DNA of 64,000 nt from Nitrososphaerota archaeon (GTDB lineage: Archaea > Thermoproteota > EX4484-205 > JAAOZP01): positions 11,228-75,227 of the forward strand of contig JAAOZP010000009.1 in assembly GCA_011605725.1 (NCBI GenBank). The letters run 5' to 3'. Below, piece by piece: positions 57,575 to 64,000 of the stretch (the stretch's first letter is position 1; each line of letters begins with the position of its first letter). The notes below the pieces were generated by a model. That model had not been told where the DNA came from. It worked only from the letters and a program-made list of their open reading frames with translations, and did not search any database. The position numbers and the translations under genes were made by a program.

Positions 57575-58531
57575 TTGAAAATAGTTTGTAATGCTCCTGC
57601 TAAGGTAATAATTTCCGGAGAGCACGCTGTAGTATATGGCCACCCTGCCCTAGTGGCCGCGGTCAACGTTTACTCTAAGGTTTCTGTCGAGGCGTTTGAC
57701 GAGATCGGTGCCCACGAAATATTCTCCGAAAAGTATGGGTTTGCGAAGATGATAGGGAGGGCTTTCTCAGGGCCCAGCCAGCTGAAGCCCTTCGCTAGAA
57801 TCATAGATGTTTTCAGGGATTCTGAAGGGTTTAAAGGCAGGCTCAGGGTTCGCATAAGCTCTGAGATTCCCCCCGCTTCAGGAATGGGTTCTTCAGCATC
57901 ATTGTCCGTCGCGCTGGCTAATGCACTGCTTAAACTGGTTTACGATAAGCCTAGTGACGAGAAGGTGTTCAGCCTCGCCATGGAAGGGGAGAGGGTTGCT
58001 CATGTTAACCCGAGTGGCGTGGATGTGGCTGCAGCACTCTGGGGAGGTCTAATCCTGTTCGTTAAGGATAAGGGTGTTGAACGGCTTGAGGCTGGGCAGG
58101 GAGTATTCCTGCTAGCAGACTCAGGCTTGGAGCGGAATACTAAGGATATGATTATGAAGGTGGCTTCGCTCAAAGATAGGGAGCCGGATCTCTTCAACAT
58201 AATAATGGCTTCCGTAAGCAATATCACGCTCAGGATAAGCCGCCTCCTTCAGACGGATATTGCTGAGGCAGGCAGGCTCATGACTCTGAACCATCTCCTC
58301 CTATCCCTAATGGGTGTTTCAAACAGTAGGCTGGACTCGCTGGTGTGGGCGAGCATATCTGCCGGCGCGTACGGCGCTAAGCTAACCGGCGGGGGCGGCG
58401 GTGGATGTGTCCTAGCCCTAGTCGACGAGAAATCCCTGGGCGCTGTTGAAGAGGCCCTACACAATCTGGATGCCCCCACAATGGTTTTAAGAATGGTTGA
58501 GAAAGGAGTTTACTCGGAGGAATTAGAATAG
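57575..58531 (+). CDS. mvk: Mevalonate kinase (GHMP kinase)
   Basis: N-terminal APAKVIISGEHAVVYG and GHMP motif PPASGMGSSAS. Confidence 0.85.
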   Translation: MKIVCNAPAKVIISGEHAVVYGHPALVAAVNVYSKVSVEAFDEIGAHEIFSEKYGFAKMIGRAFSGPSQLKPFARIIDVFRDSEGFKGRLRVRISSEIPPASGMGSSASLSVALANALLKLVYDKPSDEKVFSLAMEGERVAHVNPSGVDVAAALWGGLILFVKDKGVERLEAGQGVFLLADSGLERNTKDMIMKVASLKDREPDLFNIIMASVSNITLRISRLLQTDIAEAGRLMTLNHLLLSLMGVSNSRLDSLVWASISAGAYGAKLTGGGGGGCVLALVDEKSLGAVEEALHNLDAPTMVLRMVEKGVYSEELE

Positions 58532-58679
58532 AAGACTTTTCTGAATCGCAAACCGCGTCTTAGGATTCCGCTTCCCTTCAAAATGCATGGGGTTTCGAAT
58601 ACCCGGCGATATGCAGTAACCAGTATAAATCAGGCTAGGCCTCAGCACCGCGTCCCGCACGATGCGTCACGAGTCTGGT

Positions 58680-61600
58680 TTATGAAGGTGGGGGAGGCGG
58701 CGGTGGAAGTGGTTTAGGCTTTCTTTCAAGCTTAAGTGCAACGAGAACCACTATGGCTGAAACCACTATGATTATAATGCTCAAGATCAGGAACACCTGA
58801 GTGTAATTCTCGTCATAGAGTGCTGTGAGCGTTAAAACAGTCTGTTCACCCGTCATCTGAACAACCACCTCACTATCCTTGGTTTCAACCGCTCCAGTCC
58901 AACGGTTAAACCGATACTTGCCTCCAAGCATTCCGAGAAAGCCTTTCATCGGCTCCTCCAGCGGTGCCCTAACCCTTACCATGTCGCCCTCCTCGTATGT
59001 TCCCGACCCGTTGATCTTCAAACCTACGTTAGAATCAACCGTCATAGTATACGTCTTAATCTGCTCCGGTTTAACGATCTGAACATGCACAATCTTAACA
59101 GCCGTGTTCACGCCATCCGTCGCCTTTATCTGTATTTCATAATCTCCCTCCGGAAACTCGCTTCCCCCAAGCCTTGCGCTAGAAGGATCCATGTATACGC
59201 GCTCTACGAATTCGTCCTCGCTTATCGTTGGGGCGCCCAAGGTTATCCTGTCCTTAGTTATCCTGTTGGCCAGCATCCTCCAGGTCTCCTCACCCCTCCT
59301 CCTTATGAGGACAGTATACCACAGTTGATCACCGTCTGCATCCGTGCCCCTCCAGATTATAGTGTAGTTACGACCAGTACCCAACTTCTTTCCCTCGGGA
59401 GGATAAACGATCTCGAGGACTGGTGCATGGGTTGAAACACTCCTAGTGAACCATACTTTTCCATCAGGGCCAGTAAGCTCTATCCTCCCAAGATTGTCTA
59501 ACCATGGTACTATTCTCACGAACGGGATCGCATCCGTAGGCTTATATCCTCCAGGGTCAGTAAAGTAGTAGAAAGACATGTTATAGGGATACCTTTTGAA
59601 AACAGTACCGTTCTTAAGGTATAGCGTCAGCGAGAAGTTCCCAGTCCCCTCGGGCTCTAGATACGTCCAGCTGTAGTTGTAAAGCCTCTGAAACGGCCTT
59701 CCCAACACCGTTCCGTTCCTGCATATTATCATTGAGATGAGAAGGGCCTCTGGGTCATCCCCGCTGACGCCGGCGACAATCCTCCAAGAGGACCAAGCCC
59801 AGTAACCATCTTTGGCTCCTCCAGCATGATCCATTATGTCGCGCGCTGCTACATAACTTGGGTTAGGCATTCTGATAAAGAATGGTCCAAGCGCGCTATA
59901 GATATCGGTGTTCGCACTGAACTCATAATACTTGAATATCTTTACTATTCCTCCTTTGAACTCGTCGAAATAAACGCATTCCTCAGGCACAACAATAGCA
60001 TACCCATCGTAGATATCGTAAAGCATACCGAAGGTGTGAGAAAGCTCGTGCGCAACCGTTGGGAAGTAGAGATTTTTCGTATGCGTACTATTAACCGCCT
60101 CATCGTACTCTACGAACGCCACATGGAAGCCCTGGTCCCAAAAAGGGCGTGATTCCGCGCCTGGAGAAGCCCACTGCGGCCAGGCATACACTATTCCGAC
60201 ATTGTTGCCGCCTATATCACCATTGGGAACTATGGCTACAACCCTTCCAAACCCTTCCTCCGCAGCCTCCTCAGCCGCAGTGTCAGCGTTCCACCACCCG
60301 ATGTCGCCACTATAGTACAATTCGGTCACGGGGTATGTGCCGTAATAATCTTTAAAGATCCCGCTTAGATATATCTGATAGCGATATACAGGGCGTTGTC
60401 CCCACGGCGTAGATATCCAGTATGCCGGCGTGGCGATTTCCCTAAGGTATTCTGAACGTTGGTCGTGTGTGAACCTACGATCCTCCTCCCAAAGCACCAC
60501 TTTTATACGACGAGCGTAATCATACTCTATCGGATAGATTCCAACCCGAAAGGTCTCGGATACGGTGGTGATGCTTCCCTCATCCCATGTTACTTTCCTA
60601 TGCGGATCGAAGTCAACCCGTACTTGAACGTCTCCGACGGAACTCGGCCTGGGAAGGAAACCGCTCCCCTGGCCCACCTCCTCCATCAGGTAGAGGATGC
60701 CAGTCTCACCGGCTGCGGTAGGGTTGAGCGTTGCCCTACCGTAATAGACCCAATGCGGAGGGTCACCCTCCTTCCTAAGGCCAGCGTAATGCCAATACTC
60801 TACTCCGATGATTGCTGACTCCGCCGAGGGGTCCTTCCAACTGTTTACATTTCCGAGGTCAAGCCTGTATTCCACGTCCATAGGGGAATTGTATTCAAGC
60901 CTGTATTCTAGCTTGAATATCGTCTGCTTACCGGCTATGAGTTTTGACCCGTGCTGCGTCAAAGGTTTCAGGCTGAGTATCTGAAGCTTCGGTATGTTGT
61001 AATAGAAACCTAAGTGGAGCGTGGTGGATTTCTCAACGCCGGACTGCGAGACGCCTCTCACCGTTATAATGTAAGCCTTCACCACGCCTCCGGGCATCGT
61101 AAGGCTTCTCCAATTGACGGTTGCATCCACGGTGAAGCCTAGGCTGAGAGTGAGCTCCGTTTCCAGCCACAGGTTCTCCCGAATCAGGCTTGTAGGGGCT
61201 CTGATACCTGTGCCCTCTACCCACATGGTGACGCCTTCGGGAAGACCACTCTGTTCAAGCCTTATCATCTCGCTGTCGCCGCTTATCTTCCTGAGCCTTA
61301 TTTCATAGCCTGTTTTCGAGACAGTGCTCTCCCCTAGGGCTAGCGGAGTGAGATCGATTTGCAGAGGGAAGCGCCCGATAACTTCAAGAGTATAATCTAT
61401 TTTTTGAGGGGGTGGCGGCGGGGTTGTTGAACCTTTAATCGTTAGCATGTAGTTCTTAGACACTGTCCCTAATCCGTCAAGATAGCTGTCACGAGCCTCG
61501 ACTGTGAAATAGTAGGTTATCGTGGTTCCTGGTTGAGCATTACGCGGGGTGCCAGACAGCGTGAGCGTAGGTCCTCTCATGCTTGAGGGTGATATACCCA

Positions 61601-61865
61601 TCCCTGGAGGAGTATCCCCATATATTCTCCACTGCGTGTATGGCTTATGGTTATCAGGAAAATCTGTGCTGAACACCACGGAGTAAGGTTTCCCCTCTTC
61701 CCCGTCTGGAAGCACGTAGTAAGTCTTACCGCCAATAAGTCTCGTCCCAACTGGCAAAGGGTTTGAGTATACGGCGTATGGGCTGCACAGGACTGTTGTG
61801 AAAGATGTTGAGACGATAAGTAGCAACAATAAGACGCCCTTATTCAAGTTAAGATTCAATCTCAT
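58680..61865 (-). CDS. Large secreted/cell-surface protein with HExxH zinc-metallopeptidase motif, C-terminal TM anchor and poly-Pro tail
   Basis: Signal-peptide-like N-terminus (LLLLLIVSTSFTTVLC). AHELSHTFGMLYDIYDG resembles M6/InhA-type HExxHxxGxxDxYD. C-terminal TM VFLILSIIIIVVSAIVVLVALKL, then KPKPLPPPPPPPS. Confidence 0.6.
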   Translation of the reverse strand: MRLNLNLNKGVLLLLLIVSTSFTTVLCSPYAVYSNPLPVGTRLIGGKTYYVLPDGEEGKPYSVVFSTDFPDNHKPYTQWRIYGDTPPGMGISPSSMRGPTLTLSGTPRNAQPGTTITYYFTVEARDSYLDGLGTVSKNYMLTIKGSTTPPPPPQKIDYTLEVIGRFPLQIDLTPLALGESTVSKTGYEIRLRKISGDSEMIRLEQSGLPEGVTMWVEGTGIRAPTSLIRENLWLETELTLSLGFTVDATVNWRSLTMPGGVVKAYIITVRGVSQSGVEKSTTLHLGFYYNIPKLQILSLKPLTQHGSKLIAGKQTIFKLEYRLEYNSPMDVEYRLDLGNVNSWKDPSAESAIIGVEYWHYAGLRKEGDPPHWVYYGRATLNPTAAGETGILYLMEEVGQGSGFLPRPSSVGDVQVRVDFDPHRKVTWDEGSITTVSETFRVGIYPIEYDYARRIKVVLWEEDRRFTHDQRSEYLREIATPAYWISTPWGQRPVYRYQIYLSGIFKDYYGTYPVTELYYSGDIGWWNADTAAEEAAEEGFGRVVAIVPNGDIGGNNVGIVYAWPQWASPGAESRPFWDQGFHVAFVEYDEAVNSTHTKNLYFPTVAHELSHTFGMLYDIYDGYAIVVPEECVYFDEFKGGIVKIFKYYEFSANTDIYSALGPFFIRMPNPSYVAARDIMDHAGGAKDGYWAWSSWRIVAGVSGDDPEALLISMIICRNGTVLGRPFQRLYNYSWTYLEPEGTGNFSLTLYLKNGTVFKRYPYNMSFYYFTDPGGYKPTDAIPFVRIVPWLDNLGRIELTGPDGKVWFTRSVSTHAPVLEIVYPPEGKKLGTGRNYTIIWRGTDADGDQLWYTVLIRRRGEETWRMLANRITKDRITLGAPTISEDEFVERVYMDPSSARLGGSEFPEGDYEIQIKATDGVNTAVKIVHVQIVKPEQIKTYTMTVDSNVGLKINGSGTYEEGDMVRVRAPLEEPMKGFLGMLGGKYRFNRWTGAVETKDSEVVVQMTGEQTVLTLTALYDENYTQVFLILSIIIIVVSAIVVLVALKLERKPKPLPPPPPPPS

Positions 61866-62047
61866 TTAGTGCATGTATCCACTAGGTGGTCCTATTTATT
61901 TTTTTGGTGATAACGAGTTATTTTAAGGTGTAGGCTTTCTTCCAGCTTTCTATCTAGTTGCTTCTTCCTGCTTAAGATGGGTATGGAGGGAAAAGCATCC
62001 AACCTTCTGAATCGTCTTCCAAAGCTTGGCAACACAGTTAAAAACTC

Positions 62048-63160
62048 TTGAAGAGTCTTCAAACCGTGGCAACGGAGAGCAGGAAGGCTGAGCACATCCG
62101 GATAGCCCTTGAGAGAGACGTGTCCTCAAGGGTCTCCGCCGGGTTCGAGGACGTTGAGCTCATCCACAACGCTGTGTGCGAGATTGATCTTAGCGAAATC
62201 GATACTGGCGTGACGGTGATGGGTAAGAGGCTTAGGCTGCCGCTTATAATAGAGGCTTTAACCGGAGGAACCAGGGAGGCTAAAAGGGTAAACATGGGTT
62301 TGGCTGAGGTTGCTGAAACCGAGGGGATAGGGATCGGCGTCGGAAGCGTTAGGGCTGCTATGGAGGATCCCAGTCTTGCAGACACTTATTCGATAGTCAG
62401 GGACAGGGCTCCGAGAACACTGGTGGTTTCAAACATAGGTGCTGTCCAGGTTGCTAAACATGGTTCAGAGTATGCTTTGAAAACGATGGAGATCGTTGGG
62501 GCTGACGCGCTGGCTATACATTTCAACAAGCTACAGGAGCTGATAATGCCTGAGGGGGAAACATGTTTCAAAGGGGTGGGCAATCATGTGGCGGAACTAT
62601 CCAGGAGGCTTGGGGAGAAGCTTTGCCTCAAGGAGACTGGCGCAGGCTTCAGCGGGGAGGCTGCTAGGCTTGCAGAGTCCTGGGGTGTCAAATGGGTTGA
62701 CGTTGCTGGTGTCGGCGGGACAAGCTGGTATGCTGTAGAATATTATCGTTCAGGAAAACACGACAGTAAGGCTTCTATGCTCGGCAAAAGCCTTTGGGAC
62801 TGGGGAGTTCCCACAGCCGTTAGCATTGTTGAATCAAAAATGTTCACGCGTAGCCTGAGAGTGATAGCGAGCGGCGGCGTCAGGACCGGTGTTGACGCTG
62901 CTAAAGCCATTGCGCTCGGAGCCAGCTGCGTGGGTATCGCTAGACCATTCCTAGTTTCTTTCTCAAAAGGCGGTGTAAATGAGGCTAGGAGGCTGGTTAA
63001 ATCCTTCGAGCTTGCCTTAAGATCCACAATGTTCCTAGTTGGTGCTAGGAGTGTTGAGGAGCTATGTTCAGTACCGTTGGTGGTGAGAGGCAGGACGGCT
63101 GAATGGCTTGAGCAGCGGGGACTGTTGAAAAGACTTCTAAACGGGAGGAGGAGTCCATGA
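62048..63160 (+). CDS. fni: Isopentenyl-diphosphate delta-isomerase type 2 (FMN-dependent)
   Basis: 370-aa TIM-barrel FMN oxidoreductase fold with RKAEHIRIAL ... ASGGVRTGVDAAKAIALGA. Confidence 0.85.
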   Translation: MKSLQTVATESRKAEHIRIALERDVSSRVSAGFEDVELIHNAVCEIDLSEIDTGVTVMGKRLRLPLIIEALTGGTREAKRVNMGLAEVAETEGIGIGVGSVRAAMEDPSLADTYSIVRDRAPRTLVVSNIGAVQVAKHGSEYALKTMEIVGADALAIHFNKLQELIMPEGETCFKGVGNHVAELSRRLGEKLCLKETGAGFSGEAARLAESWGVKWVDVAGVGGTSWYAVEYYRSGKHDSKASMLGKSLWDWGVPTAVSIVESKMFTRSLRVIASGGVRTGVDAAKAIALGASCVGIARPFLVSFSKGGVNEARRLVKSFELALRSTMFLVGARSVEELCSVPLVVRGRTAEWLEQRGLLKRLLNGRRSP

Positions 63161-64000
63161 GCGAGGAGCTCCGCAACCTGATAGAGAGGCTTGCACTGGA
63201 GAACGCTTTAGCCTTTAACGGTGTAGCGAAGGCTGAGGCGGTACTGGGAAAACTTCTCGGGATGAATCCTGACCTGAGGAGCAAGGTTAGAGAACTCATC
63301 CCTATTATTCAAGAGGTCACCGAGAAGGTTAACAGACTTACCGTGGCTGAGCAGGCTGAGATTCTCAAGAGGTTCGGAGGCATCCTGCGCGTCGAGAAGC
63401 CTTCAAAGCAGGAGCTCCCGCTTCTTCCCGAGGCAAGGGATTTCCCCCAAGTAGTATTAAGGTTCGCGCCAAATCCTGATGGTCCCTTAACGCTGGGAAA
63501 CGCGAGACCCGCAGTTCTCTGCGACTATTACGCTAGAAGGATGAATGGAAGGCTTATTCTGAGGTTTGAAGACACGTCTCCGTCGGTCAAGCCTCCTTTG
63601 AAAGAGGCTTACGACTGGATTATTGAAGACTTGGAGTGGCTGGGCATTCATCCGGATGAGGTATACTATCAGTCTGATAGGCTTCAAACATACTACAAGT
63701 ATGCTGAAAAGTTTATTGAGAAGGGCTTCGCATACGTTTGCCTTTGTAAGCCTGAGGAATTCAGAAGTTTCGAAAAAAGGGGCGAGCCGTGTCCGCATAG
63801 GGATCAGGATCCAAGTTTAAGCCTAAGCCTCTGGGAGAAGATGCTGAACGGGGGTCTTAATCCTGGTGAGGCTGTTGTAAGGGTCAAGACTGATATGAAG
63901 CATCCTAATCCTGCGATTAGAGACTGGCCTGCATTAAGAATAGATGTTGCGAAGCATCCTAGGGTCGTGGGTTTCAGAGTCTGGCCGCTCTACAACTGGT
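63157..64000 (+). CDS. gltX: Glutamyl-tRNA synthetase (archaeal/eukaryal type), 3'-partial, with atypical TLGN in place of the HIGH motif
   Basis: The N-terminal extension and the catalytic core opening LRFAPNPDGPLTLGNARPAVL...RFEDTSP are very close to archaeal GluRS, but both His of HIGH are replaced. The ORF continues past the window end. Confidence 0.75.
   Translation, partial: MSEELRNLIERLALENALAFNGVAKAEAVLGKLLGMNPDLRSKVRELIPIIQEVTEKVNRLTVAEQAEILKRFGGILRVEKPSKQELPLLPEARDFPQVVLRFAPNPDGPLTLGNARPAVLCDYYARRMNGRLILRFEDTSPSVKPPLKEAYDWIIEDLEWLGIHPDEVYYQSDRLQTYYKYAEKFIEKGFAYVCLCKPEEFRSFEKRGEPCPHRDQDPSLSLSLWEKMLNGGLNPGEAVVRVKTDMKHPNPAIRDWPALRIDVAKHPRVVGFRVWPLYNW

Noticed and set aside
1-64000. 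Search for CRISPR arrays, IS elements, integrase genes and rRNA genes
   Set aside because: No direct-repeat/spacer periodicity, no transposase or integrase-like ORFs, and no rRNA-like conserved stretches were seen anywhere in the window.

Overview
This 64-kb window comes from an archaeon of the TACK/Thermoprotei type. It is dominated by core informational genes on both strands. I annotated five tRNAs, two of which carry canonical 37/38 introns, and two detached blocks of the ribosomal-protein superoperon. The rpl3-rpl4-rpl23-rpl2 block lies on the minus strand at 4.4-7.2 kb. The second block is rps19-rpl22-rps3-rpl29-rnp1-rps17-rpl14-rpl24-rps4e-rpl5-rps14-rps8-rpl6-rpl32e-rpl19e-rpl18-rps5-rpl30-rpl15-secY on the plus strand at 38.9-49.3 kb, followed by DUF106-cmk-rpl14e-cbf5. 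A third plus-strand block runs rps13-rps4-(rps11 inverted)-rpoD-rpl18e-rpl13-rps9-rpoN-rps2, followed by Memo-like, mvk and idi2, and the 5' part of gltX. A minus-strand block at 26.5-33.2 kb carries rpl12-rpl10-rpl1-rpl11-nusG-secE-ftsY-pfdA-rplX-eif6-rpl31e-rpl39e-PDCD5-rps19e. Other core genes include IleRS, an archaeal histone, archease, a DtxR-FeoA-FeoB iron operon, an FmdE-like gene with a membrane partner, and a GH116/FGGY-kinase/MtnA-like sugar cluster. cbf5 is split by a 13-nt BHB-type mRNA intron located in the codon of the catalytic Asp. The main candidate for something new is at the window start (1-4.4 kb). There, a 5'-truncated ORF encodes a protein of more than 1000 aa with no recognisable domains except a C-terminal PD-(D/E)xK nuclease-like motif. 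It is translationally coupled to an AT-richer 195-aa partner gene and is followed by an AT-rich remnant of a DUF4143/AAA-ATPase gene. Other accessory-looking genes are a tandem-duplicated-domain membrane protein in an AT-rich patch at 35.3 kb, a 1061-aa surface HExxH metalloprotease-like protein, a gene-decay zone at 9.0-10.3 kb, and an antisense small ORF inside the rps19-rpl22 spacer. The gltX start also shows a degenerate HIGH motif (TLGN). No CRISPR arrays, rRNA genes or obvious transposases were seen.
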